A DNA stretch of 64,000 bases from Bdellovibrionales bacterium (GCA_041391465.1 JAWKNX010000018.1:563-64562); one strand, 5' to 3'; counted from the stretch's first letter, positions 1-12,324 are shown. The notes: generated from the sequence alone by a model not told the origin. Program-made: numbers and translations.

Positions 1-127
1 TTAAAGTGCCATTTCTAAACTCTCAAATGTGTTTGAATTAAATATAGGTGTTGTATAAACCCATCGAGGGTCAAAGAGGTGATAAATTGTTTGCGGAGAG
101 TGAAAAAATGACATTTATCGAAGATGT

Positions 128-160
128 AAAAAGAAAGGCCCAACGCAATCGATGGGCCTT
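128..160 (-). terminator. Probable intrinsic terminator after the repeat-rich gene
   Basis: Arms AAGGCCCA (135-142) and TGGGCCTT (153-160) with an A-run at 128-132 (U-tail on the minus strand), just past the stop at 187. Confidence 0.6.
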
Positions 161-186
161 CTCGCTTATTGTTTATTTGCGAAGAA

Positions 187-865
187 TTAGTAGCAGCCTA
201 ATTCGTAACATCGATAAGACCACTCATAGCAGTAGTTCAAAGCTTGTTGTTGCGCACGTCTTGGGACTTGGCCAATCGCTTGGAATCGTTCCCCGCGTGC
301 ATTTTCTGCATAACAAACATAGTTAGGTGCTGGGTATCTTCTGTGCGGTGGTCTTGGTCGCACAACGGGCGGTCTGTGTGGCGGACGTGGGCGCACAGCA
401 GGAGGTCTTCTCGCTGGAGGGCGAGGACGTACTGCTGGTGGACGAGGACGTACTCCATCTCGACGACCATCGCGACCTCTATCTATGCCTCGGTCGTTTC
501 GCCGGTCTCTACCGCGATCCACGTTGTCTCCACGCCGATCTCTTCCACGGTCAGCATTGTTATCTCGACGTCCATCACGGCCACGATCAGTATTGTTACC
601 TCGGCGTCCGTCACGGGCAAGTGCCTCTAGCCTCACTGCTCATCAGGTTTTCTGTGAGAAGCATTTCTTCTGTTAAGAGCGAGTTCCCTCTGCCATTGGG
701 TCAAGTGCGCCCAGCTCGTAGAGGAGCTCCGTTAGGTCATCTGCTTGGACCAGTTCATGTCTTACATCATCATAGGTAAACTCAACCTGAGCCTCTTCAG
801 CTTGGAGCAGCTCTCGCAAAAGTAAGGAGTGCAGCGGTAAAGTACTTTCCGACTGTTATTTTCAT
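187..865 (-). CDS. Secreted repeat-rich protein: acidic N-region, DRGRD and RPRPP repeats, Cys-containing C-terminal domain (frameshifted)
   Basis: ATG at 865 (MKITVGKYFTAALLTF, signal-like) after a G-rich RBS; ORF 187..636 carries the repeats and YVCYAENARG...CYELGCY. Confidence 0.65.
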
Positions 866-1039
866 TTTTCCCCCAGAAAAAAGTGTTAGTGCCTGGTTGA
901 TACCAGTATTTGGATTTACAGAAAGTGTTGGAAGATTCATGCCAATAGCAGTGTTGTTATTTTTGCGTAAAAACAAAGCAAAATACGGTGCCATGTTGAC
1001 CGAAAAAGGAAATATTGGTGTCAAAGTGATCGATTATTT

Positions 1040-1709
1040 GAGAGGAATAACAATTACGTAAACCCCAGCAGTAAAAATAAATGCTTGATTCCACAGCTCA
1101 GATACTTCGTCCTCTAATATGTTTTTCATAAAGGAGAATCGAGAAATCCAAATCTATCATTGGCTGAAACATTGAAAGAGCTCACCGGTTTTACCAAAAC
1201 CGGCTTCGGCTTTTAAAACAAAGTCACCGAGTTTAAAAACATATCCTCCATAGGCTCCTAATGTATGAAGATCCGAGCTGATTTCGTAGTCATCAAGTAA
1301 ACTAAAAAGAGATTCAAATCATAATCTTGAAGATCTTGTCGGTCCACGTCCCGCGACCCCATAGCGTTGCTATAAGAGCCTCAAAGTAACCATTATCGAC
1401 TTGGCCCTGATACCCAACTCGAAGATCGACGACAAAAGAATCACTGAGAGTTTGCGAGAGTATATAGGCTCCCTCCGCATTGGGCCCAAAAGTCATAAAC
1501 TCTGTGGCACCAGAAGTAAAACTGGGAGAATAACCTAAGCCGCCCGCGATGTATGTGGTGTCATTGAAAAAAGCTTTAAATCGAGCTCCGATTTGTGTCG
1601 GCAAAGACCAGCCAGCGTCGATCTCGTATCCGGTGAAGGTATCTGCAAAACTGACCGAGCCAAAGGCAACGAGACTACTCATTAATACATTTCGGAAAAG
1701 GCGACCCAT
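1040..1709 (-). CDS. Hypothetical exported protein, possible outer-membrane beta-barrel (frameshifted, 3' end approximate)
   Basis: Signal peptide MGRLFRNVLMSSLVAFGSVSFA followed by alternating Gly/aromatic strands. Confidence 0.45.
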
Positions 1710-1838
1710 TTTAAGCTCCTGTTGGCATAAATTAGCTAAACGTTGGTTTCAGATTTTAGCGAATTGTAATGAATAGGCAAAAGGAATGGCTTCGGATGCG
1801 GCGCACAGCCCTGTATAATCGCCACCTTTCCTTGAATT

Positions 1839-2525
1839 TTGCGACAAGATCTCCTAATTTCTGCCCTCGCAAAGGAGAGTCTGTTGATCGATGTATACCC
1901 TTATTTAGAAGGCAAAAAACATGTCATTTGGGATTGGAATGGGACTCTTTTAAATGACCTTAAAGCGGTTTTACATGCCTTGGGTAAGATCTCTGAAAAA
2001 CTCGGGAAGGAGCCGATCGACCGACACACATATCTTTCACATTTTAAGTTTCCAGTTCAGGATTTTTACCGAGATATCGGTTTTTTTACGACAGAAGAAG
2101 AGTTTGATCAGCTTTCTGAAGATTTTCATTTGCACTATCAGGATTTCATTCACACGGCCGAACTCTACGGTGGGACAAAACAAATATTAGAGCAGGTCAA
2201 AAAAATGGGCGCAACCCAGTCTATTTTGACAGCCGCATTTCAACAACACATCGACCGATGGCTTGTCGACTACGAGATCAACCATCTTTTTGACTTCGTT
2301 TATGGACTCCCGGATAAATTAGCAAAAAGTAAGCTTGAGCGCGGAAGAGAGCTTATGAATTTGGCCAAGGTCGATCCGCAACAAACAATTTCACTCGGTG
2401 ATACGACCCACGATTATGAAGTGGGAGCAGAATTGGGTGTGCAGGTGGTGTTACTGACCAATGGTCACCAGCATGAAGATCGACTCAAAGATGTCCACCA
2501 CGCAGTTTTTCGGCGAAAATACTAA
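1839..2525 (+). CDS. HAD-family hydrolase (phosphoglycolate phosphatase-like)
   Basis: Motif I variant WDWNGTL, Lys in SKL, motif IV GDTTHD. Confidence 0.88.
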   Translation: MRQDLLISALAKESLLIDVYPYLEGKKHVIWDWNGTLLNDLKAVLHALGKISEKLGKEPIDRHTYLSHFKFPVQDFYRDIGFFTTEEEFDQLSEDFHLHYQDFIHTAELYGGTKQILEQVKKMGATQSILTAAFQQHIDRWLVDYEINHLFDFVYGLPDKLAKSKLERGRELMNLAKVDPQQTISLGDTTHDYEVGAELGVQVVLLTNGHQHEDRLKDVHHAVFRRKY

Positions 2526-5340
2526 AAGTCTTTTTGCGTGCTGAGCCAAAAAACCGACAGAGGGTCGAGAGTGTCTTGGTCCTCTCGACTCAATACATTG
2601 GCGCCATAGGAAATGCTCAATGGCAGAGTGAATTTGTGGAAAAACAATAACTCAAATGTAAGGCCGAGTTGGTACTCAGCAAAATCAAAAGGTTTATAAA
2701 AATCGCTAGTTGGGTCAGAAACATTGGCAAATATATTGTACTGCAAATTGATAAACGGCCCCCAACGGCGCAGACCAAAGGGAATGTAATTGAAGTAAAA
2801 ATTCTGCATAAAGCCTTTGGGGCACCCACCCCGGACATAAGCGGCTTGGGTAGAGGTCTTCATCAACATTTGTACTTAAGGTATTAAAATCAACAGTGCT
2901 CAATTGAGTCGTGAGTAAGCTGAATTGACGAGGTTGATACGTGGTTGATCACCATAGCCGCCTGCCAAACGCAAACTTAAATAGGTCCTGCGATCCAAAA
3001 TCTTTTTGGCCACTCAATGCAAATGCGCCCACACTCGTGTTTTCGTATGCGGTTGCGTTTAAATTAAAGTTAAAACTTTTTGCCGGTCGGAAACTAAGAC
3101 CCAAACTGTATTGGTAGTTAAGGTCATAAGACAATCTGGAGTACATCTCGCTGTCGCTGGCAATGCTGCTCGAACTGTAGGATTCGGTTCCGTAATATAA
3201 ACTCAAATCGATGGATTGACTCCAGAGGCCTTTCAACGTGAAGTGGGTAGCCTCAAAGTCAGTGAGGCTAGATTGTCGTACTCGAAGACAATTCATTTAT
3301 TTTTTCATCTTTGAGAGAGTAAATATAGGCCAAAAGGTAACACTGAGAGCCTGTTTTCTGAGTTGGCGAGCAGGCGAGCCCCAGTTGGTGAGACTTTCTT
3401 GCAATCTTTGATGTAGCTAAGCCAGTGTGTTTTGCAAAAGAGGATCGTTCCATGTTGTCGAGAATCCCCCAGTGAAGTATGTTTTCTCTTCAGTGCCACC
3501 GGAACCATCAGGTTCATCTTCGACAGAGATAACAAAATAGGGAAGAGTTTGACTGTACCTTAATTGTGAAAGGGGACTGTATTCTTTCACTTTCAGTGAT
3601 GCGGGGTCGACTGGCGGAGTTCGAGCTAAGATTTCATCGAGATTTTGGGGGCTGTCGATATCTCTAAAACGATAAATAACCTGGTGAGGCAGTTGTTCTG
3701 GCAATTCCTCCAAAGAGAGTGCTAGTTTTTTATATTGGTACCCTTCAGAAGTCACAGCGTTGACCAATAGGGTTGCTGCAAAGTCAGAGTAAGATAATAC
3801 TTTAGCTTCAATTATATTGTCGGCGGGGTGCATTCTGTAGGAGCGCCCATTTCTAATCAGAAATAGGCCACTTCCGCCAGGGGTGTTGCCGACAATAATG
3901 GGATCGTTTCCAATAAAATCGGTGACTTTAGCGAACTGTCCGGTGAACGAAAACACCGCTTCATCCCGTCGGATGAGATGACGTTCTTTACCGACCTGTC
4001 GAAAAAAATAGGGAGTCCCATCTGGAGAGTAAATGGCTCGCGAGTGGGCCACTCCAATGGGTTGTCCGTTTTCATAGAGAATGTTTTCACTTAAAAAACC
4101 GTTGTTCACATCAAAATATAAGACCTGATCGTCTTGAATATCTTGAATGATTTTCCCCATAGTGTCGGGATCGACTTCGTATCCCTTTTTGTACAATCCA
4201 GTAACGGTAGCGAGACCTTGTGGGGTGTCCACCATATGGCTTCCCAGAGTGTGTATGGCGCCTTTGTAAATAAAGGGTGTACCAAAGAGCCAATCTCTCG
4301 CCGTCGACAACACTTCGCCGGTTTGTTTTGAAATAAGGTGCAGCTCACGTTCATTGATGAGGTCAGTTGTGATCAACTGAATCGAATCTTTTTGCGCGGA
4401 CATGCCCGCATAGGAACGGCTAAAGGCAATCTCCTCACCATCTTGTAAAAGGATTTGCCGCTGGGCTTCAGCGGAAAAACTTTTTTGAAACTCTATGAAG
4501 AGATCGTCAAAAGTAGAACCAAAAGTTTCTTCGAAACTTTTATTGAGTAGGAAAGGGTTAATCCAGCGAGAACCATTGTTTAAGTAAAACTGATTTATTT
4601 GATCGACTCCATATCGTCTCGATAAAAATTCGAAAAAATGCCCACCAGTACTTACTTTGGCCAAATGGGAACTCGAGCGTGTCGTTCAAGAGATAAGTTT
4701 CATCGAGTTTACCGGATGCTGCCACGGCATAATCTCGGGCCCTTAGAGGTGCGCTATACAGCCGCCCACCCACATCGAAGTTGGACTCATTCCAGGTTGC
4801 ATTCCCCTCGAGCATAAATGTAGGTAGCATTAAGTTAGCGCTGTAAACATAAAAATGCAGGACAATGGGATCGCAATGTTGGTTCCTAAGATGGTCTTTA
4901 CCTGACTTGGAAACCAACTTTTGGCACTCAATTGATAAAGATGTGCGGATTCGTGGATGACGAGTGCCTCACGCACAGCTGCGCTCTCCGAACAATTCGA
5001 GCATGCCGGCACCACCTGGGTACAAAATTGTTAAATGATTTTGGAGTCATCAGCAAATGCATTGGCAATTTGGATTTTTAGTTGAGGTGAGGCCCACGCC
5101 GGTGTTCTCATCGAGGTTCCAGGAAAAGATTTTTTGTAGAGATCATGTACGCTGCGATTGAGCCGAATAAAGTCATAAATAGTGTTTTTATTTTCTGAGG
5201 AGTACGTAAATAAAGTCTTCGTCATTTATATAACGTGGTACTTGTTATCACCTGGGGTGTTGCAGCTCGGATTGCGCCAGTGGAAGAATCCCCCGTAATT
5301 AATATTATTAATCCCAGTAGTAAATTCCTCTATGGTGCAT
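2522..5340 (-). CDS. Large exported protein: gluzincin-like HExxH domain, propeller-like middle, probable C-terminal beta-barrel (several frameshifts)
   Basis: Collinear fragments 5031..5225, 4830..5015 (LVIHESAHLYQL), 4558..4917 (MLEGNATWNES), 3417..4664, 2949..3296, 2522..2869 ending in Phe. Confidence 0.6.
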
Positions 5341-5388
5341 GAAAAACAGTTACTCGATAGATAATCATTAGCAAGCGAGATCATAAGG

Positions 5389-5774
5389 ATGGGAGTTGCC
5401 ATTGTTTTATGTATATTTATTTGGGTTTGCAGGAGTTGGAGCTTGGACAAGGTGGTTGATTTCTGGGCATCTCAATACCATAATTATCATTTTGTGGGGA
5501 CCTTTGTGGTCAAAACATGTTGGGCAGTTTTTGTGCAGGTTTATTGTTGTTTGGGTTGCTTCGTGAAAAATATTGGATCTCTAAAACCCTCCATGAGGCG
5601 CTTGTGGTGGGCTTTTTAGGCGCGTTCACGACTTTCTCTGCATTTAGCGCTGATAGTTTGCGACTTCTTCAAGCGGGTGGGATTGGCGGTGGTTTGCAAT
5701 AAATGTTACAGGTCAGTTTGTTTTAGGGTTAGGACTTTGCTTTTTTAGGCTTTATGATCGCATCCCATCATTAG
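5389..5774 (+). CDS. crcB: Fluoride efflux channel CrcB/FluC (frameshifted)
   Basis: GTFVV..MLGSF and the signature GFLGAFTTFSAF. Confidence 0.85.
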
Positions 5775-5944
5775 AAATACCTAGTGATGTTAGAGAGTTA
5801 CAACCTAAACCTCATTTGTTTGCTATGGCCTTTTTACAGGAAAATTTTGCAGACAGGCGTTAATGGAACCCAGCATTGAAAAAAATGAAACTTTGAGTTA
5901 TAACCGTTGGGCTTTTAGGGAACACAAAATTTTAGGAGGTCGGG

Positions 5945-6229
5945 GTGGAGAATATAACTACACCAGGAGAGGTTGATGCTCAAGCTACGCCTGCTGTCAG
6001 CGAAACAGTAGTCATTGCCGAACAAGAAGTTACAGAAATTACTGAAGTTTCTATTGAAATGACAGGCGTGGAGGTGGAAGCTCCATTTGAAGAAATCAAT
6101 TCCATCGATGAAGACCTTAAAAAACTCGATGAAATAGAAAACATTCTAGACTTAGAAGAAGCAGAGTACTCCGGTAATTTACATTGGCAAAAACAAAGCC
6201 CGTTTTTTGCGTATGCTGACTTGGTATAA
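5945..6229 (+). CDS. Small acidic hypothetical protein
   Basis: AGGAGG RBS before GTG; Glu-rich 94-aa ORF. Confidence 0.5.
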   Translation: MENITTPGEVDAQATPAVSETVVIAEQEVTEITEVSIEMTGVEVEAPFEEINSIDEDLKKLDEIENILDLEEAEYSGNLHWQKQSPFFAYADLV

Positions 6230-6501
6230 AAACAAAGAGGAATGGTTAGGATGTCTGTTGAGGAGTTTCTCAAAGCTTTTCAAGCAACAATCCAAGAGCT
6301 GTAGAATTCGTGCTGAATAAATTGGATTACGAAATGGAGCTAGAAACGGGACTTTGGACATTCTTCCCAGCGCTCGCCAGAAAAAGACGAGCTGAAAATG
6401 TGTAAAGTCCACGAAAAAATGGCTGTGCATTTGATTTCAAAAATGCAGTTAAAATTAAATCAGGTCGTCGATAATTAATCGATAAAAACTGAAAGAAAAA
6501 G

Positions 6502-6534
6502 AAAAGCCCAAGCTCTAAAGTGCTTGGGCTTTTT
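6502..6534. terminator. Bidirectional intrinsic terminator
   Basis: AAAA-GCCCAAGC-loop-GCTTGGGC-TTTTT next to the stop of the minus-strand gene at 6538. Confidence 0.8.
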
Positions 6535-6537
6535 AAT

Positions 6538-6906
6538 TTAAAAATAAATATAAACTAATCCAAGGGCAAAGATTGCGGGAAGGGCCTGTAGATAAAAAAT
6601 CGTTTTGCTCACCGTCTTCCAGCCAAATAATCCAGCAACAATCACAAACACGAGAAACAGTGAAACCCATTTGGACCTTTCTTCTGGGGTTTCATATAAA
6701 AACAGTGCAAATAATAATCCGGTCGCCAGAAACCCATTGTACAGCCCTTGGTTGGCGGCGAGGGGAGCCGACTCTTTTGCGAAAGATTCTGAGAGTTTAA
6801 ATACTTTTTGCCCTGTGGGTCGAGGCCACAAATACATTTCTAAATATAAAAAGCCAAAGTGTTCGATGGCGATGATAAATACTAAAATTTCAACGAGTGT
6901 GTCCAT
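6538..6906 (-). CDS. DUF1304 family membrane protein
   Basis: EH..FLYLEM..W and AANQGLYNGFLA.GL motifs; QALPA near the C-terminus. Confidence 0.88.
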   Translation of the reverse strand: MDTLVEILVFIIAIEHFGFLYLEMYLWPRPTGQKVFKLSESFAKESAPLAANQGLYNGFLATGLLFALFLYETPEERSKWVSLFLVFVIVAGLFGWKTVSKTIFYLQALPAIFALGLVYIYF

Positions 6907-6999
6907 AAAAGCTCTTTTCTGATCGATGATGACAAGAATAATCTGTGGTGTGCAATCCGGTCATGTTCGAAGTCTGCCTCTGCAATGAAATAAAAAAAA

Positions 7000-7760
7000 T
7001 TACGAATACTTGATGGGCCCATCCACGCGACCATGTATAAATTGCTGTACGCGCGGGTCAGGGTGGGTTTTTATGGTTTCGGGGTTACCTACTTCAAGGA
7101 CTTCGTCGTCGACCACCATTAAAATCCGGCCGGCCATTTTATAGGCCACATTTAAATCGCATGTAACGACAATCAGGGTGGTATTAAATTTATTTTTTAA
7201 TTCTAAAATGTAATCAGCCATAGCATCGCTCTGAACGGGATCTTGGCCGGCAGTAGGATCATCGTAAAACACAATCTCTGGTGAAAGTGCAAGCGCTCTT
7301 GCAATGCCGAGACGTCTCTGCATCCCACCGCTGAGTTCATGCGGGAACTTATTGGCGTCCTCCGAAAGGTTGACCAGTTTAAGGAGCTCTTTGACTCGAA
7401 CCTCTATTTTGTCATCCGGCATAAAGTGATGCTCGCGGAGTGGAAACCGAATGTTGTCGCCGACCGTCATAGCATCAAACAGGGCGTTGTTTTGAAACAG
7501 CATACCAATTTTTTCAGCCAGTTTGTGCTTTTCCTCGGATTCAAGGGATTGCCAATCTTCACCTTCGATCATGACTTTTCCGGTTTTAGGCTTATGAACT
7601 CCTGCTAAAGACTTGGCAAAACCGTTTTACCATGGCCGCTTGGGCCAATAACTACGGACTCACCTTTTTCAATTTTTAAGGAGACGTTTGCTAAAATGAC
7701 CTGACCACCGAGTTCTATCGTGACATCTATCATTTCGAGAATTGGTACTTGGGCACTCAT
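7000..7760 (-). CDS. mlaF: ABC transporter ATP-binding protein, MlaF/Mkl-like (frameshift near 7600)
   Basis: Walker A GPSGHGKT upstream of the called ORF; LFQNNALFD, LSGGMQRR, YDDPTAGQDP, HPDPRVQQFI.GR.DGPI. Confidence 0.75.
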
Positions 7761-7895
7761 TTACTCACCTTTTTGCACAATGCTCCGAAATCATCGCAGA
7801 AATCAGACCTGTTGAAAACCACGATTTCTTAAATAAAAACTGTTGTCTGGATAAAAGTGTGTGTTGCAGTTTTGTGATGATTGACGATTCTAAAT

Positions 7896-8998
7896 ATGAA
7901 AACCTTTAGGTTTTTTGTAGAGAATGTTGATGCTGCTTGTTTTACCTATGTTTTGAATAAAGATGGCACTGACGGCATCAATTTTATCAATGAAAAATGT
8001 GTCGACCTTTGGGAAGTCGGTGCGGATGAAGCTAAGCAAAACGTAGAGGTACTTTGGTCCATGATTGATCCATCCCAACTAGATGGGGTGCGTGAATCTG
8101 TATTAGCCTCTGGACGAGACCTGACACCGTGGCGCTACTCTTGGAAAATTACTACCCCTTCAGGGAATGTGAAATGGCTTCGGTCTAAAGGAATGCCGGT
8201 CAAGGGGAAGATGATTCCGTGGTTTGGAATACCTTAGTTGAAGACATTACGGTGATCAAACAGCTAGAAGACGAAAGACTCCGGATCAGAGAGTTGATTC
8301 AAAAAACCGAAAAAAACCTAGCCCTGGCTGATTTGGCGGGCTCTGTTATCCACGAAATTAGTAATCCACTGGCGATAATCCATGGATGTAGCAAACGAAT
8401 GTTAAAGAACCTCGGTGAATTAGAGAAAAATGCCACCACGGCGGCGCTCATTAAAGATGTGGATCGTATTGAGTATACTGTTGCACGAATTAACAGTGTT
8501 ATTTTATCTTTAAAAAATATTTCTGGTAAAAAATCGCAAGCGGCAGAAGTCCGTTCGGAGAATTTATCCGAACTCTTTCAAGAGGCTATACAAAACTATA
8601 CGGATTCAAGAGACCAACGAGATATAATCGACATTCGTTTGCAACCAGAGAACCTTGATGCCTGTGTTTCAAAAATTGAATTTGTTCAGGTTATTGGTAA
8701 TTTGTTAAAAAATTCTCTTTATGAACTGAAAATTAGCCAATCCATGGATAAAAATCGATGCGGAAAAGTGAATGACAAAATCTGCATTCGATTCACTGAT
8801 TCGGGAAAGGTCCCAGACTTGGTCGCAGAAAAAATGTTCAACGAAATGTTTACGACAAAACCATTGGACAAGGGCACAGGTCTGGGTCTCATACTTTCTA
8901 AAAAATTAATAGAGTTTATGGGCGGGCGGATGCAGCTCAATCGACAAAGTGAAAACACTCAGTTTATTATTACCTTACCGGCTAGAAAGCCCGTCTAA
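7896..8998 (+). CDS. PAS-domain sensor histidine kinase (one frameshift near 8215)
   Basis: PAS-like N-part (TPSGNVKWLRSKG); H-box HEISNPL, N-box NLLKNS, FTTKPLDKGTGLGL. Confidence 0.85.
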
Positions 8999-9230
8999 CC
9001 TACATAAATGCACGTTTTGTGTTTCCTGAGTTTGCCTCAAGATGAGTCACAAAGGTCTTGCAACAGTTCTAAATTGGAGACATCTTTTGATTTGTCTCAC
9101 AATATCAAGAGGATACACGATAGTTGTCAAAATTAGATAAAAAGGCCTCACCCTCGAAATGGACCGCCGATACCTTTTTTGTGAGTCAATTATGACTTGA
9201 ATGATTCAACCATAGGCGGAGGTTAACAAT

Positions 9231-9647
9231 ATGGCACGTGTGATGTGTTTTACCTAGTCAGCGAAAATTATCAGCTGATCGAAAGAATGAAGTCTTTTTT
9301 GCCACGCACAAGGTAACTTGCGAAGTATATACACCATCCGAGTGGGAAAAGCGCATGAATGGTCAAATGCAATCATCGCTCAGCACTGGACAGGCTCTGT
9401 TCAACAAGGTGCTACGATTATTCCATTTCCAGGTGGAAATACCACAAATTCTGTGAGCGGCGATGGTAAAGTAAAGACAATCAATGAGCTTGAGAGCATT
9501 GCAATCGAAAATGCTATTTTTGAGTTCAACGGTAACTTAACAGAAGCAGCGCTAAAGCGTGGGGCATTGGACGTGCGACACTTTACAGAAAAAGTAAAAC
9601 AATATAACATTGACCCTTCTTTAGCTCGTAAGAAAAGAGCTGCTTAA
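9231..9647 (+). CDS. Fis-type helix-turn-helix protein (frameshifted)
   Basis: GGAGG RBS with ATG at 9231; TINELESIAIENAIFEFNGNLTEAA is typical of HTH_8/Fis C-termini. Confidence 0.7.
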
Positions 9648-9708
9648 TTAACTTCTGCCAGGATGGTGAATTTTAAGAGTCATTTGACATTGATGTTGTT
9701 TTTTGAGG

Positions 9709-9734
9709 GCCAGGTAGAACACCTGGCTTTTTTT
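9709..9734 (+). terminator. Intrinsic terminator
   Basis: GCCAGGT-AGAAC-ACCTGGC followed by T7. Confidence 0.75.
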
Positions 9735-9987
9735 GTCTTTTTTTAGGCAGGTTTTGATTGGTTAGAATTCATCAACAGAAAAGTTCTCGCATTGCTGCAG
9801 GTATGGGCGCATGTTGTCTTCGCATGCTATCATCAAAGATGACAGCACGCGGATACACCATGCACATACCGAGCTAATACTCGAAAATTTCAGTTGATGA
9901 ATTCTCACCAATTAAATCCTGATTAAAAACTTAAGGAAAAAGCCAGTAAATGGTGTTTTGCGCAGGGATAAATGCCGATAAATAGGC

Positions 9988-11238
9988 GTGAGACATCAGC
10001 GATTTTTCATCCCAGGGATTTTATTTTTATTTATATTTGCGGCCTTTGTTTTTACTTCGGGTCAGCGACCAAGCTATGCGTTTAAAATGGTGTGCGATTT
10101 TGTAGAAGAGAGATACTACCTGGCGGATGAAAACCTGACCAAGTGGCACGACCTGTGTTTAGAAGTGGGGGATGCTCTGCCATTGTTTATATCAGAAGAC
10201 GAAACTGTGCGTGCACTTCGACAGGTATTGGGCATACTGCCTGTCTCTCACTTAGATGTATACTCACCGGTTGAAGAAAAGCGGGCCTGGCAAGGCATTG
10301 GTGAGGACACCGGGCTGCGCGCCGAACTCGTGCAGGATTATTTTGTAGTTACGCAAGTGTTAAGCGAGAGCCCGAATCGAGATCAGATAAAAAAGGGCGA
10401 CATTGTTTTTAAAATCAACGGCGAGTATGTCACTCGAGCCAATCAAGTTATGTTTGAAGCGGGGGAGTGGGCGGTGCTTCGGCTGAAGTCCGTGGTAAGT
10501 AAATCCGACGGATTTGTTCAGTCGGATTTTGATGAGTTCACTGTGCAGGCGAAAAAAGCAGAAATCAACGTAGATGCTAGTAACAAAGTTTATCAGTATG
10601 CGCCTGAGGTTTGGGTGCTGCAGTTGGGGAGTTTTAAAGCCGAGTGGTTTAAAGAGCTCAATTGGAAGGAGCTGGTGGGGCAGTTTATTGATAAACCCCA
10701 GTTGGTGATAGATTTACGAGGTAATTTAGGTGGAGATTTTGCGGCACTGCTGCGGGCACTGAGCCCATTTTATTGCCAGCCCACATTGATTGGGTACATC
10801 AATGCCCCAAGGCGCGAAGTGAAAGAGCCCATGGCCTTTCCGGATGCGGTGGAGGCGAAGAAACAATTTGAAGTTTTAGAGGTGGCGCGCCAGGTGATGT
10901 TGATCACCTATGAAGGGTATGGGTGTTTTAAAGGAAAGCTTTCAGTGTTAGTGGACGAAAACACTGGGTCATCGGCCGAGATATTTGCCCAAGCCATGAA
11001 AGAAAAAGGAGTCCGTGTTTGGGGCGAGCGAACCAAAGGGGAGGTGGTCATGTCGGTGTGGTATGACATTTCTTATATTTTGGGGAAGGGTTATAGTATC
11101 TCTGTCCCGGAGGCCACTTATTCCACAGTGAGAAACAATGATCTTGAGGCCTATGGAGTGATCCCTGATCGGGAGTTGTACTACCAACTTCAATATGAAT
11201 TGCACGGCAAAGACTCTTGGATAGAGGCGCTGAGGTAG
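9988..11238 (+). CDS. S41-family peptidase with PDZ-like domain
   Basis: IDLRGNLGG, VLVDENTGSSAEIFA, GERTKG, GVIPD motifs; N-terminal hydrophobic anchor. Confidence 0.88.
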   Translation: MRHQRFFIPGILFLFIFAAFVFTSGQRPSYAFKMVCDFVEERYYLADENLTKWHDLCLEVGDALPLFISEDETVRALRQVLGILPVSHLDVYSPVEEKRAWQGIGEDTGLRAELVQDYFVVTQVLSESPNRDQIKKGDIVFKINGEYVTRANQVMFEAGEWAVLRLKSVVSKSDGFVQSDFDEFTVQAKKAEINVDASNKVYQYAPEVWVLQLGSFKAEWFKELNWKELVGQFIDKPQLVIDLRGNLGGDFAALLRALSPFYCQPTLIGYINAPRREVKEPMAFPDAVEAKKQFEVLEVARQVMLITYEGYGCFKGKLSVLVDENTGSSAEIFAQAMKEKGVRVWGERTKGEVVMSVWYDISYILGKGYSISVPEATYSTVRNNDLEAYGVIPDRELYYQLQYELHGKDSWIEALR

Positions 11239-11347
11239 CAGCCAGTAGAAAGTGTTTCATTTTGAAACACCGAGTGTTGAACTTCTAATTAAAAATAAGC
11301 GTGTGCCTGGGGTTTGTACGTTCAACTCCTTCTGATTGACTCTCTAT

Positions 11348-11363
11348 TGGCACCTAAGATGCA
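11348..11363 (+). promoter_or_regulatory. sigma54 (-24/-12) promoter candidate
   Basis: TGGCAC-CTAAG-ATGCA, exact GG-N10-GC spacing, upstream of GTG 11396. Confidence 0.65.
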
Positions 11364-11395
11364 ATTAAATAGGTCGAGGAATGAGGGGGAGTGTC

Positions 11396-12324
11396 GTGAA
11401 ATTCAAATCAAAAACTTTAATGTACGCCGTAGTTTTACTTGCTCCGATTTTGTTTTTTCAAAACTGCAGTGATGTGGAGTTCGGTCAAATCGAAAGTTCT
11501 GTTTTGGCCCCGCAGGGTGACCCTGTTGATATAGCAGGGCAAGTGCCTCTGTGATTCCTGAAGAACCCGAATGTAACCTTTGATCCCAGTTGTTACGCGC
11601 CAGAAGTGATCTATCTGCCACTTGTGGAGCAGTGGGCATCCTTGGCTTTTTTGAAGATAATGTGACAAGCCCTAAAGTTGGAGACCGTGATTACAACGAT
11701 GCGGTTTTTAATTATAAAATTGCTGAGCAGTACAACTCCTATAATCAATTGGTGCGGATTTTTATTGAGCTAGGGTGCGTGAAAAGATCTCGGGCAATAA
11801 CCACCGGTTGTTTTTATACCCGAATGGTGACCCATCGCTTTCACTTTTCAAATATTTAAGTGAGCCTGGCGGCCATACCTGGCAAAGCCAATGAAAATCA
11901 CCGGGCCCGACGGGGATATAGAAAGCATTGAGAACGTCGATCATTTTCTGATTGTACCGGCGACGAAAAACTCATAGTGGGTGAGCTTATAAAACTGTAA
12001 GTGGATTTGGTCGACTAGAGGACCTGACAAATGCGGTGGCAAAAGACCATATTGATTTTCGTGCCTACCGGCTTGATTTTGCAAAATCATGGGCAGACCC
12101 AAGGTATCGACATCTCTGAGATCAACTCTTCGGACGAGATGCTCGCCAACGATGGATACCCTCTTGGGTTTATGATCCTGGCGGATTGGCAACCGCCTGC
12201 TGAGACCCAATTGATTGATAATTTATACCCAGGGTTTGAGCTGTACCGGGACTATTTAAGCCTACCACCAGACGAACGTGTCATGACCGACGAGATCCTC
12301 TACTGGTTCAATATCACCAACTAA
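11396..12324 (+). CDS. Hypothetical lipoprotein (frameshifted)
   Basis: GTG start after GAGGGGGAG; KFKSKTLMYAVVLLAPILFFQNC lipobox-like leader; fragments 11590..11859 and 12031..12324. Confidence 0.55.

Noticed and set aside
244..779. Plus-strand ORFs overlapping the repeat protein
   Set aside because: Shadow frames of a GC-rich repetitive minus-strand gene that has its own RBS and terminator
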